Shown here piece by piece: positions 36,607 to 49,559 of a DNA stretch of 64,000 bases; positions within the stretch are counted from its first letter, which is position 1, and each line of letters begins with the position of its first letter. Below the pieces are notes generated by a model. That model was not told where the DNA came from. It ran no database searches and saw only the letters and a program-made list of their open reading frames with translations. Source of the DNA: Eledone cirrhosa (Eukaryota). The stretch lies in the NCBI GenBank assembly GCA_964016885.1, contig OZ024743.1:73408001-73472000 (forward strand). Reading direction: 5' to 3'. Both the position numbers and the translations under genes were made by a program.

Positions 36607-39600
36607 TTTCTTTATTAACCACAAGGGTTTACATAAAGTAGACATTAAGGACAGTGCAGGACAATGCAGGACGGTACAAATGGGCATTTCTGCGTGTAAA
36701 AAACAAAAACAGAGGATGTAACAAAAATAACAATGAAAATAACAATGAAAAATTCCCCAATAGGGGGGAGACTTCGGAGGGACATTTGTGGAGAAAGCCC
36801 AGTAAAAAGCCACAATGACCCTGACCACCAAGGCAAGTGCCCTCTCCCAGTTTTCCACCTTTAATTTACAGATATATACTCAGAGTAGGCCCATTCACTC
36901 GGGCCATTCTTGCTTCTCTCACCCATCTTTCAACAAAATGCTGGGAAGAGAGCACTTCCCTCTCTACTCTGATTTTCCTTTTCAAATGAAATTTGAAAAA
37001 GTCAATCAGAGCATCACCGAAGAGGTAAGTGCTCGTCTTCAGCCCTTTCAAACGTGTCCACCATACTATCTCTTTCGCCATGGCCACCAGACAGATAAAA
37101 ACTGCCTGCCCTTCCTGGCTAAAGGAGGAGGGCGGGGCAATCCTCACGATGGACTCAGATGATAGCTGGATACGTCCTAAACGCGACAGCAGGTGTTCGA
37201 CATAAACCCACAAGTCAGCAATTTTCGGACACTGGACGAGTGCGTGCAGGACGGTTTCGTCGCCCTGCGCGCATCTCGGACATGCCCGGCTGACGGCACC
37301 TCCATGCCTGTAGAGTTTATCCCGAACTGGCAAGGCTCCGCGGTAGCACTGCCAGGCCAGAGATTTCTGGAAGTTGTCCATAGGCCCTGGCCCGAAAGTT
37401 CTTCCGAAGAGATTGGCTAGTTGATTTTCGTCGACGCCTAGAGTTTCCCCAAGTACGTCGTCGCTCTTCCCCTCCACTAATCCTCTATAGAACGCCGAGG
37501 TGGAGTTTCCACCGATCACATTGCCCGATTGGTCGAGGGCTGTGAGCGCCTGAAGACATTCCAGTCTCCAGGCCCTCCCTCTCGGTCTTCGCTTGACCCA
37601 GGACTGCAGCTCCGTCAAGGAAACGAGCTGGGGAAAAACGCGTCTAGCAAACGGCGACCACACCTGATCACCGTCGAGGAAGAGGTGGAGATGTCGTAGC
37701 CTGAGCGCGTGCCTGCGCATCATCAGCCACGGCATGCCCAGCCCTCCACGTAGCGGGTGTTGACAACAGATGGACCGCCTGACCATCGGAGCACGTCCCT
37801 TCCACAAAAAGCGAAAGAGCAAACGCTCCAGCGCAGTCAGGCGAGGCTTAGGACAAGGTACGACGGTTAGGCGGTAACAGATGACAGACGCGATGTACGC
37901 GTTAGCCACCTCCGCTCGACTTTTCAGGGATAGCTTCCTCTCCGCCCATTTCTGGGTGAGAGAAGCCACCCTGCTCGTCACCTCGTCCCAGTTTTTGTCC
38001 GTCTGGAGGTCCGGACCGAACCAGACCCCTAGCAATTTAACCGGTCCGTCCGTCCAGCGCCCGACGACGCTGTTGGACGGCATGGACCTGCCTCTCCAGG
38101 TGCCGAGCTGCAGGCCCACTGACTTTTCCTGGTTGATCATTGCTCCTGTCACCGCTTCGTATTCTCTTAGTGTAGTGCCGATCGCCTCGATGTGTTTGGC
38201 TTTCGACACCACTACGGTGACATCGTCCGCATATGCTGACACGGATCTTCCGCATCCTAGTTCGCGCGGGACTCCCCTCAACGTCTCCAGTTTGTGCAGT
38301 AATGGCTCGAGAGTCAATACGTACAAGAGGGACGAGAGGGGACATACTTGGCGGACCGAGCGCATGATGTTGAACGGTTCCGACAGGTGACCGTTCACTC
38401 TCACCACAGAGCAGATGTCGCTGTGCATGGCAGCGATCCAGCCTCTGAAGACGGGCCCAAAGCCAGCCGCCCTCAGGACTGCCGCTAGGTAACGATGGTC
38501 GACCCTATCGAAAGCTTTCGACTGATCTAAATTGATCAAGGACCCACCCGTGCCAGGTTCCTTAGCTACCCTCTCTATGATGTATCGCATGAGGTGGAGG
38601 TTGTCGTGGATGGATCTGTCGGGAATGGCGCATGTCTGCGCCTCTCCCACCAGACCACCAACGACAAGCGCCAACCTCTTTGCTAGCACCTTGGTCAAAA
38701 TCTTGAACTCTGTGTTTAGCAGAGTTATGGGCCGAAAATTGTCTATGTTATCCCCCTTGTTCGGATCCTTTCTCAGCAGTGCCACCGCTCCTCGGCTCAC
38801 AGAACTGGGAATTCTCCCGTTCTGTTGCCAGTTGCAGTAGACGTCCGCCAAGAGGCCTCCGAACAAGTCTGGCATCTGTACGTAAAGTTCATAGGGCAGA
38901 CCATCCAAACCAGGCGATTTACCCCTTGTGCAGCCAGTCATTGCCTCCCTTACTTCAGCGGCTGTTATCGGCTTTTCGCAACACTTCGCCTCAGTGGCCG
39001 AGAGCCGCGGCAGTCCGTCGAGGTAGACACTAAAGTCCATCCCTCTACCCGGCCCACAGCTGCCCCCGAACAGCTGAGCGAAGTGTCGCTGAAAAGCTTC
39101 ACACATTTGCCCGGGATCGAGTAGCATGCGCCCGTCGTGGTCCACCAAAGACCGGATCGTGGCTTTGTTGCCACGACGCGCCTCCGTCACTCGGGCCCAT
39201 TGAACGGCTTTCGTCCCCTCGTGTCTGAGAGCACGCACCCTAGCTCTGACAACGCAGCCTTCGTGCTTTGCATTGAAGAATTGGTCAAGGGCCAATTTCG
39301 CCGCAAGCACGTCGGTCGCAATGCCTTTGCTAAGCGCCTCGTCTAATATTCTAACTAGTTCTCCCTCTGCTCTATTTTTCTCTATTGCTAAAGCCTTACT
39401 AAACCTAATCGATTCTATTCTAATCGCTCTTTTCAGAGCAAACCACCACTTGTTGTTGACGATGGCCCCCTTCAACGCCCGCTTAACTAGTTCGCTAATC
39501 CGGTCTCTGTAGGCCTTGCGCGCTGGTAAGGACGCGTTTAGCTTCCAGTAGCCGGGTCCTCGTGTATGAAGCCTATCTAAGTCAAGCACACAGGTCACGA

Positions 39601-42600
39601 ATTTGTGGTCCGTGTAGCTGACTATCTTGAATTGTGGACAGCCTATGCTAGACCTATCTATTTCCCTACAAAATACTCTATCTAGATATGATCTGGATGA
39701 CCCTATGCGGTTTGTCCAAGTCCACATTGGCACATTCGGGAAATCCAATCGGTACCTGTCAGACAGTTCAAAACGCCTGAGCAGGTTGGTGAGGCTCTTG
39801 CACCCTCCACCCCTATCCGCTAATCCCACACAGTCCCAGCGTGCATCTAAGATCCCGTTCCAGTCGCCCACTAACACTAAAGAGCGGGACGTTCCAAGAA
39901 AGGTCTCCAGACGCCGGAAGCATAGACGGGCATAGACGGCCACTAGCCTGAAAGCTTGCCCGTCTCCGCTGGTCACGTCCAGCACCATCAGCTTACCCTC
40001 TGGGTCCAGGAAGATGGCCCGTATGGCGAGATCCAAACCTCTCCGAAAAAGCACAGCAACTCCTCCACCGGATCCAGGACGGCTGGGAGATGCGTACACA
40101 TCGTAGCCGCCGAAGATCGGTGCGAAGACCCGTGCTTCGGAGATTCTGGTCTCGCTGATGGCCACTACATCTATGTTTAGTGACCTGAGGTCGTTGAGCA
40201 GGTGGCCCTGCTTCCATGACGACCCCAAGCCAGGCGCATTTATGCTGCCTATTCTGAGTGAGGTCATGTTTAAAATAGAGTGGAAAAGATGGGAAAGACC
40301 ACGTACCGTACTTTTGGTAGAGGAGGGATGGTTTTTACATCCCTTTTCACTTGATCGTCTGGTGAAGGGACCGTTGAATCGTCCCTTCGGCTGGTCGTCG
40401 GCTCTTCTAAGAGAATGTCTGAGTATACTCTTCGATTGATGGTTCCTCCTAGGTCCCTGAAATCACCAACTGCGTTGGGGAATTTCGTTTTAATGTTTGT
40501 GTATTGTTTCTGTGCTATTTTTAGCAGTCTTATGTTAGTTGGCGTTTTGATTGGTGCTGGTATTATGTAGTCGTGTTGTGAAATGTCTGTGTGTTCAATT
40601 ATGTAAGTCATTAGTTTCTTGTTGTGTGTATTTATTGCCGTGCATTTGTTTTTCTGGGGGTGGGGTGTGGTTCTGCTATTTTCTTGTCGTTGTTGCTGGG
40701 TGTGTGTGTTTTGTTGTTGTGTTTGCGATGTTGGTGCTTGTGGTGGTGGTGTTGAAGGTGTTGTTGGCGGTGGGGTTGTCGCCGGTGGTGATGGTGGTGC
40801 TAGTGTGGGTGGTGATGGTGTTGGTGTTGTTGCTGCTGTGGGTCTCTTTGCAGTAGACTTTACCCTTTTCTCATTTCTTTCCTCCCTTTTCAAAGGCGAC
40901 GATGCGCTGCTTCTGCGTTTGTGCCTTCTTACGACCTTTTGCCATCCCTCTCCCACCTCACACTCCATGTCTGATTCTGTGAGGTCGGGGAGGGGTACCA
41001 GCTCCACTCTTTCACTTGTTGTTGTTGGTGATGTTTGCACTGGAGTCTCTGTTGCAGCTGTATTTGGTATTGCTGTTGTTGTTGTTAATATTTCCACTGC
41101 TGCTGCTGTTTTTGATTTCCGTGGAGTGGGTATGGGTGCCACGGGCCTATCGTTCCTGGTTGCCGCTTGTCCTGTTGCTGGTAGCCGTGGAGCCGGATTC
41201 GGAAGGAGGGGGGGTTTTCTCCTTTCTCAGGGTCTTCTCGTTGCAGAAGGCCCTGAGGTGAGTCTTCGATCCACAGCGAAAGCATTTCGGGCGTTTGCCC
41301 TCAACACTTATGGGCAATTGAGTGCCGTTATCGAAGTCTATCACATCCGGGATAGCTTCGATGCACTCCTGGTTGGTTTGGATTAGCATCTCAATGGAGG
41401 AGCCGACCCAATCTTCTCTTACTTTTTTCTGTACTTGCAGTACAGTTGTTTTGTCCTCGATTCCGACGAGGACAGACGCGGCCAGCCAAGAAGGGGTCAT
41501 TCCGGGGGGGACGTGGGTCAGTTTGACCCTCACAATTTTTTGCCCGCAGTAGGAGGGCACCAACACCATTTCCTCGCTCCTTAGGGTCACTACTGATTGG
41601 GCCTTTGCCTCCTGGGGTGTGGCAAAAAGTACGTCTACGGTGGCATATTTTTTGCCTCGGGTGATGTGCGTTTTCCGCTGCCACACAGACCCCAAGGCTT
41701 TTTGTATTTGGGCCTCTGTGGCTCATTCCACCCTACGGGATTTTGTACTTACTGTACGGTACGTGACCGTACAGTGCTCTTGGGTTTCGAAAAATTTTTC
41801 CGCTGCCTTGCAGATTGCTCGGTGTCCGTTCTTTGTCACCATCTTCTTCGCTTCCTCTAATTCCTCATTTGTTATGAGGATTGTTTCCAAGTTTTTCGCA
41901 ATACCTGCAAATGAGATTGGTTTTTCTCTGCTGTTGTTGTTGTCGTCAGAGCTGCTGGTACTTTTGTTGTTGCTGCAGGTACTACGACTACTGCCTCCGC
42001 CGCTGTTGCTGTGGTTGTTGTTGGTGTTGCTGCTAATGCTGTTGTTGTTTATGCTGCTGGTGATGCTGTTGCGGCTGCTACTGTTGTTTTCATTGTCACT
42101 GTTGCTGTTGTTATTACGGCTGCTACTGCTATTATTCCTGACGTCAGACGAATGAACTGGGTTTTCGTATTTCCCGCACACCTGTTTCGTCGCTGTCGTC
42201 GTCGTCGTGGAGAAACCTTGCACGCTTTGCACGAGACTTTTCTTTTCTTTCGTCACTTGCGAAAGAGAAGGGAGGGAGAGAGACACATTTAAAGAAGGGA
42301 GGGAGAGAGACAATCTTCTCTCTGCTGTAGTGATGATTGAGGAAGAAGAAGACGGAATGAGTGGGAGTGACGTATGAAATTTCTTTTTCGTAGCCATGTT
42401 GTTTTTTGTTTAAAATGAAATTTTGGGTACAAAACCCCAATAACTGGTTATTTAACCCCGAAGGGCCAAATAACGGACAGAAAGACCCCTCTCACGAGGA
42501 GGAGGGTGTCTTTATCAACAATTGGGTTCAAGTTTTAAACAATTTACAATTGTTTTAACGGTTAAAAATTACTATACCTTACAGAGCCGAGCCTCCGTCA

Positions 42601-42612
42601 ACCATGGCATTC
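36605..42612 (-). mobile_element. Full-length Tx1/L1-type LINE, copy 2 (ORF1 disrupted)
   Basis: Head-to-tail with copy 1 across (AAT)n. ORF1 has a nonsense codon near 41725 and a 1-bp insertion near 41210. Confidence 0.95.
36866..40267 (-). CDS. ORF2 of copy 2 (1133 aa), open but probably impaired
   Basis: The VYAP motif is damaged by a net 18-nt deletion, and QGCPLS is changed to QVCPLS. Confidence 0.85.
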   Translation of the reverse strand: MTSLRIGSINAPGLGSSWKQGHLLNDLRSLNIDVVAISETRISEARVFAPIFGGYDVYASPSRPGSGGGVAVLFRRGLDLAIRAIFLDPEGKLMVLDVTSGDGQAFRLVAVYARLCFRRLETFLGTSRSLVLVGDWNGILDARWDCVGLADRGGGCKSLTNLLRRFELSDRYRLDFPNVPMWTWTNRIGSSRSYLDRVFCREIDRSSIGCPQFKIVSYTDHKFVTCVLDLDRLHTRGPGYWKLNASLPARKAYRDRISELVKRALKGAIVNNKWWFALKRAIRIESIRFSKALAIEKNRAEGELVRILDEALSKGIATDVLAAKLALDQFFNAKHEGCVVRARVRALRHEGTKAVQWARVTEARRGNKATIRSLVDHDGRMLLDPGQMCEAFQRHFAQLFGGSCGPGRGMDFSVYLDGLPRLSATEAKCCEKPITAAEVREAMTGCTRGKSPGLDGLPYELYVQMPDLFGGLLADVYCNWQQNGRIPSSVSRGAVALLRKDPNKGDNIDNFRPITLLNTEFKILTKVLAKRLALVVGGLVGEAQTCAIPDRSIHDNLHLMRYIIERVAKEPGTGGSLINLDQSKAFDRVDHRYLAAVLRAAGFGPVFRGWIAAMHSDICSVVRVNGHLSEPFNIMRSVRQVCPLSSLLYVLTLEPLLHKLETLRGVPRELGCGRSVSAYADDVTVVVSKAKHIEAIGTTLREYEAVTGAMINQEKSVGLQLGTWRGRSMPSNSVVGRWTDGPVKLLGVWFGPDLQTDKNWDEVTSRVASLTQKWAERKLSLKSRAEVANAYIASVICYRLTVVPCPKPRLTALERLLFRFLWKGRAPMVRRSICCQHPLRGGLGMPWLMMRRHALRLRHLHLFLDGDQVWSPFARRVFPQLVSLTELQSWVKRRPRGRAWRLECLQALTALDQSGNVIGGNSTSAFYRGLVEGKSDDVLGETLGVDENQLANLFGRTFGPGPMDNFQKSLAWQCYRGALPVRDKLYRHGGAVSRACPRCAQGDETVLHALVQCPKIADLWVYVEHLLSRLGRIQLSSESIVRIAPPSSFSQEGQAVFICLVAMAKEIVWWTRLKGLKTSTYLFGDALIDFFKFHLKRKIRVEREVLSSQHFVERWVREARMARVNGPTLSIYL

Positions 42613-42655
<43 letters not shown>

Positions 42656-42657
<2 letters not shown>

Positions 42658-42795
42658 TGTTTCTATTTTTGGCACAAGGCCAGCAATTATCCCAGTGTAT
42701 TACTGGTACTTTATTTTATCGACCCTGTAAGGATGAAAGGCAAAGTTAACCTCGGCGGGATTTGAACTCAGATCATAAAGGGAGGGAACTCCCTT
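42656..42795 (-). mobile_element. Deu/Nin-like SINE whose (ATT)n tail abuts the Tx1 copy 2 5' end
   Basis: SINE consensus on the minus strand. Confidence 0.8.
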
Positions 42796-42817
42796 TATGA
42801 TCTTTATGATCTTTATG

Positions 42818-42870
<53 letters not shown>

Positions 42871-42871
<1 letters not shown>

Positions 42872-42976
42872 TTTTCTTTATTAACCACAAGGGTTCACAT
42901 AAAGTAGACATTAAGGACAGTACAGGACAATACAGGACGGTACAAATGGGCATTTCTACGTGTAAAAAAACAGAGG
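42871..42976 (-). mobile_element. Tx1-type 3'UTR stub
   Basis: Matches the 3' end of copies 1 and 2. Lies between (AAT)n tracts. Confidence 0.85.
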
Positions 42977-43012
42977 TTGAAAATAAAATAACAATAATAA
43001 TAATAATAATAA

Positions 43013-45488
43013 TAGAGGAACTGAAGCAACGCATTGTACAAAGAGTGCAAAAATCAGGCGATACGAGAACAGAGTCAGTCAGTATAGACAGAACCGCATG
43101 TTCGACAACAACCAGAAGATGCTGTTTGGACAGATTGAAGAGAAAGAAAGAGGCAACGACTTGATCCCTGAGGCGGAACAAACTAAAACATTCTGGAGAG
43201 GAATATGGGAGCAGGACGTTAAACATAATGACCAGGCAGTGTGGATTGAGACAGTACAGAAGGAGATTAGTGAACAGGCACACCAACAAACTGATTTGTT
43301 GGGGTGCAGGGGTATTGGATTAAAAATATAACATCCCTCCACCCGAAACTGACAACCATGTTCAATGACTGCTTGATGTCAAGTGAGGTACCAGAGTGGT
43401 TGACAAAAGGTACCACAGTTCTGATAATGAAAGACCGAATCAAGGGTAATGATGTTACCAACTATAGACCTATCACATGTCTGTCCGTAATGTGGAAACT
43501 GTTGACAAGCATTATGTCTGAGGAAATCTACCATCACCTCCACACAAACAACTTGTTACCGGACGAACAGAAAGGATGCCGAAAGAAGTCACGTGGTACA
43601 AAGGACCAGTTACTTATTGATAAGATGGTAATGAGGAATTGCAAGAGGAGACACACTGGTCTTGCCATGGGATGGATAGACTACAAAAAGGCATTTGACA
43701 TGGTGCCTCATTCTTGGATCACCAAAAGCCTGGAGATCTTCAAGGTGGCAGATAACATCAGACAGTTGTTGGGCAAAAGTATGAAGTCCTGGGAAACAGA
43801 GTTAACATCAACTGGAGAATCCTTGGGAAGCGTGAAGATCAAGAGAGGTATCTTCCAGGGTGATAGTCTGTCCTCTCTGTTGTTTGTCCTTGCCCTGATG
43901 CCCCTGACCAGTGTACTGCGAAAAGTGAGAGCAGGATACAGGTTGGGAAAGGGAGGGCTTACCATCAATCACCTCCTCTTCATGGACGATCTTAAGCTCT
44001 TTGGGAAGAGTGAGAAGGAGTTGGATGTGCTTGTTGACACTGTCCGTATTTTCAGCAATGATATATGTATGCAATTTGGTATTAGTAAGTGTGGAGTCAT
44101 TGTGATGAAGAGGGGTAAGTTGAGCAGAAGTAACGGAATCCAGGTACCAACAGGTGAGATGATAAAGGAAATTGACTCTGAAGAAGGATACAAGTATTTG
44201 GGCGTTCTTGAGGCTGATGACATCAAGAACAAAAAAAATGAAGGAATTGATAAGAACTGAATACATTCGGAGAGTAAGGAGCGTATTAAAGTCACATCTG
44301 AACAGTAGGAATGCCATAAGTGCAGTAAATTCCCGAGCTGCGTCTATTATTAGGTACAGTGCGGGAATTCTGAGATGGAATGTTGCTGAACAAAAAGAAA
44401 TGGATAGGAAGACTAGGAAGCTATTGACTATCTACAACATGTTCCACAAGAGGAGTGATATCAATAGACTCTACTTAAAGGTGGAAGAGGTCTTATCAGC
44501 ATAGAGGGCTGTGTTCAGATGGAGAAAAACAACCTACACAAATACGTGACTGATAGTAAGGAGCCAATGCTCAGAACTGTACTGAAAGAGGGGACAATAG
44601 GCCAGGGGATGTCCAAGGAGGAAATAACATCAAGGAGAAAGAGCAGCCTTCAGGAAAAATCCCTTCATAGTACCTTCTTTGAGAAAACTGAATTTAGAGA
44701 TCCACAGACATGGAACTGGTTGAATAGAGGAGACCTTAAAAAGGCTACAGAAGGAATGTTAATGGCTGCGCAGGAGCAGGCCCTCAAAACGAAGTGGTTG
44801 AAACACCATATTTACAAGGAGGAGGCTAGCCCACTGTGCAGGATCTGTGGAGAGAGAGAGGAGACTGTGGCTCACATTGTATCCGAGTGTAAACACCTAG
44901 CCCAGACTCACTATAAGGGCTGGAGACATGATGTGATGGGCAGGTGGATCCACTGGCACCTGTGCAAAGTAAACAATTTACCACATTCTGAGAAGTGGTA
45001 TGAGCATAAGCCAGAGGCGGTGATAGAAGACGATCAGGTGAAGGTGCTGTGGGATTTTAGGATACAGACGCCAAGAAACTTGAACACAATAGACCTGACC
45101 TGGTGGTTGTGGACAAAGAAAAAAGATCGTGCCTGATTGTGGATGTGGCCTGCCCATTCGACACGAGAGTACAAGAGAAGGAGAGGGAGAAAATTAACCG
45201 ATACCAGGACTTAAAGTGGGAGGTAAAAAGGATTTGGAACTGCCATGAAAGCAAAGTGATCCCGATTGTCATAGGCGCACTAGGGTCTATCTCAAAAAGT
45301 TTCCAGGGATGGTTAAAGAAAATTGGCCCCGCCACGCTTTTTGGAACGCTTCAAAAGGCATGCTTGCTGAGAACAGCAAGAACCCTCCGATACGTCCTGA
45401 ATATCTGAGGCTGCAGGTAGTGGCTTGATATTCATTTCAACAAACTTTCCAGTTAACTAACATCAATGACTGAGACTTAAAGAACAAC
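43013..45488 (+). mobile_element. 5'-truncated R4/Dong-type retrotransposon (second family)
   Basis: NYRPITCL, EQKGC, DYKKAFD, QGDSLS, FMDD, YKYLG, CCHC, RHD and RLE motifs with frameshifts. (TAA)n on both sides. Confidence 0.9.
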
Positions 45489-45512
45489 AATAATAATAAT
45501 AATAATAACAAT

Positions 45513-45854
45513 ATTTTCTTTATTGGCCATCAAGAAAAACATTACAGATGGCACAGGACGGTACAGAACGGTACGCTGTGGGTTTGTGCGTGTAAAGATT
45601 TTTATTATGTATATAAGAAAAGAAAAAAAAGGACATAGGAACATATATATATAAACAATAAAAATGAAAATTGAAACAATGAAAAATTCCCCAATAGGGG
45701 AAACCTCCGAGGGTTACTCGTGGCGAAAACCACACAAAAGACCACGGCCACCCTGACCACCAGGGATAGCGCCCTCTCTCAATTTTTCCATTTCTCAAAC
45801 TACAGACGTATATTCAGAGCGGTCCCGTTCACTCAGACCATTCTCGTTACATTC
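45513..45854 (-). mobile_element. Tx1-type 3' fragment (subfamily of 23051-24442)
   Basis: Near-identical to 23051-23415. Confidence 0.85.
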
Positions 45855-46042
45855 AATAATTGTTTCTACTTTAGGCACAAGGCCAGCAATTATCCAGTGC
45901 ATTACTGGTACTTTATTTTATCGACCCCGTAAGGATGAAAGGCAAAGTCAACCTCGGCGGGATTTGAACTCAGATTGTAAAGGGACGTAACTATGCTGAA
46001 AATCATGGCGTCCGACCCTCTACCGATACTGCCAATCCACTA
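45855..46042 (-). mobile_element. Deu/Nin-like SINE
   Basis: SINE consensus on the minus strand. Confidence 0.85.
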
Positions 46043-46047
46043 CATGT

Positions 46048-46238
46048 GAAGACTAAAATCCAAAGAGGGCTCAATAAGGATAAATATATATCAATTATAT
46101 AAGAAACCTAGAGCAAATATTTATTAAAATAACATTAAAGTTTAAGCAAAGAATCGCTGCTGTCACCCATAACGGGATGTTCAGAAGATCCCGTTATGGG
46201 TGAAAGCAGCGATTCTTTGCTTAAACTTTAATCTGTTA

Positions 46239-46245
<7 letters not shown>
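46048..46245. mobile_element. Fold-back element, CAGAAGA hammerhead-like family
   Basis: Inverted arms around ~46180. Same sequence as 3561-3721. Confidence 0.65.
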
Positions 46246-46290
<45 letters not shown>

Positions 46291-47284
46291 TGTGGGGGGC
46301 GGGGCTGTGTCTGTATGTGTAAGGATATGTGTTTAAAATACTTTTGCACATAAATGTTTCAAACATTAACTCGACTCAATGCTGCTGGATAGAGTGTAGC
46401 AATTTATTTTTCTTTGGAGATAATTGGTTGTGGTTTCAAGGTTTGTTCTTGATCGCTTCGTATATAAACCTGATCGTCTTTCAAAATATCTACTTTTCAC
46501 TGATGTGTCATTGATCTGTGGCCATGCTGTGACCCCATTTTCTCAGTTATAGTCAATTATATCAACGCCAGTAATTTTTTATCGATTAGTACTTATCTCA
46601 TCGACCTGGCAAACATGAGAGTTAAAGTGGACGTGGGCCAAATTCGGTAAACTATTTATTTAGTCGCTCTACTGATTCTGACATCTACGTTGTTTAAGAG
46701 GTAGACAAAAGTCTCTTGTGGGATATATGTGATTGACAGATGTGTCTGGACAATTCAGCCAATAGTACATCATATATGCTACACCTATGTATTAAAAATA
46801 TAACCGTAATCAGAATACTTACATACACACGCTCACGCCCACAGATATTTATCAAATCATTTAATTACACAAACATATATAGCAAACAACGAATACAAAT
46901 CAAAGCATACAAACATTTATACAAATCAACACCTACATTTCAGTTTAAATCAATACTTACTGCTCGGTACATGTAAATGAGTTACGAAAATAGACAAACA
47001 TAAAATACATCTGAAACTTAATACTATTCTGGCTATGAATACACACAAAACACAGACAGGCACACACATATACACGCATATATATCCATCATATACAAAC
47101 TGAACCTGAACCGATAAGGTCTGGTTTCTTGGGTATGTCACCATTTATAAAACAAATTTTGTATTTTATCTGATGTGAACGTACCAAAATGTTGGTACCC
47201 TTGAGATATATATAATAAAATAAATATGGTTTTATAAATATAGTTTCCATTTATTAATATCATTGATATATATATATATATATA

Positions 47285-47702
47285 GTAATAATGATAAATT
47301 TGAAGACTAAAATTCAAAGAGGGCTCGATAAGGATAAATATATATCAAATATATAAGAACCGTAGAGCAAATATTTATTAAAATAACAGATTAAAGTTTA
47401 AGCAAAGAATCGCTGCTTTCACCCTTCGTTTTTCCCGTTCTTTGCCAGGGAACGTTTCCACGAAACAAAGTATCGTCTTCCTGTGTTCCTCCGGTTGCAA
47501 CGTTTTTTGAAATAGCCACTTCTGCGTTTACAGATTGACTTTGTTAGTTTCAGAAGATCCCGTTAAGGGTGAAAGCAGCGATTCTTTGCTTAAACTTTAA
47601 TCTGTTATTTTAAATATTTGCTCTACAGTTCTTATATATTTGATATATATTTATTCTTATCGAGCCCTCTTTGGATTTTACTCTTCAAATTTATTATTAT
47701 TA
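47285..47702. mobile_element. Fold-back element with a variant hammerhead-like motif at 47546-47596 (+)
   Basis: Inverted arms. AGUUU-CAGAAGA-U-CCC-guuaa-GGG-U-GAAA-GCA...UGC-UU/AAACU. Confidence 0.7.
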
Positions 47703-47753
<51 letters not shown>

Positions 47754-47865
47754 AGAGAGAGAGATAGAGAGAGCGGGAGAGAGAGAGGGAGAGAGAGAGA
47801 GAGAGAGAATAGAATTAGGATTTAGCTTCAGGCATAGCTCTATACAGATATGTATATATATATGG

Positions 47866-47943
<78 letters not shown>

Positions 47944-47959
47944 ATAATAGTAATAATAA

Positions 47960-48583
<624 letters not shown>

Positions 48584-49421
48584 AATATATATATATATAT
48601 ATATATATATTACATTAACACACACATATTAACTCGACTACCAATATACATGCTTCACCTGAAAAGTATAAAAGGCTTCTTGTTAGTCCCATTTTTATCA
48701 ACTTCAACAGCATCAACACCACAACACCACGCCCATAAGTATTTTTATAAGTACCACAGAATGACCACTACTATTACAACTATCAAAAATACTAATACTA
48801 GGAGACCATCACACCATTAACTCTACAACATCATTATTATCATCATCACCAACATAATCACTAGCCCCATCATGAGCACTACCACCATCATCATCATTGC
48901 CTTGTCTATAGTGATGCAGATAGAAATGCAGAGAAAAATAGAATCTACGGGGATGGAGATAGACTAACGTATGAAGGTAATTAGGAGTGTAAGGACAATG
49001 ATTACGAAGTAAGAGAGAATATATGGTGAGAGTAGCAAGATAGAATTTGATAGACAGTTTCGTATGTAACGGTTGGTTTATCTGTGAGAAAAGAATGAAG
49101 GTTGTGTAGTCTTCGTATTGTATGGCATATGCATAATGGTTAGAGAGATCTCAAGATTGGTGAGCTAATATGTATATATATAGTTGTCGTTGCATGGTTG
49201 TAATAAATGCGTCCGTAGGCGGTATGCCGTTTGAGCACTCGATGTTTTGATGCATCACTGCTTCCTCGTTATCTATATGTATATATATTAAAATAACAGA
49301 TTAAAGTTTTATTTTAATAAATATTTGCTCTACAGTTCTTATATATTTGATATATATTTATCCTTATCGAGCCCTCTTTGGATTTTAGTCTTCAAATTTA
49401 TTATTATTACTATATATATAT

Positions 49422-49529
<108 letters not shown>

Positions 49530-49559
49530 ACACACACATACGTACACACAAACGCACCC

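Noticed and set aside
30538-42612. Assembly duplication artefact
   Set aside because: The copies differ by many substitutions and indels, including a templated deletion.
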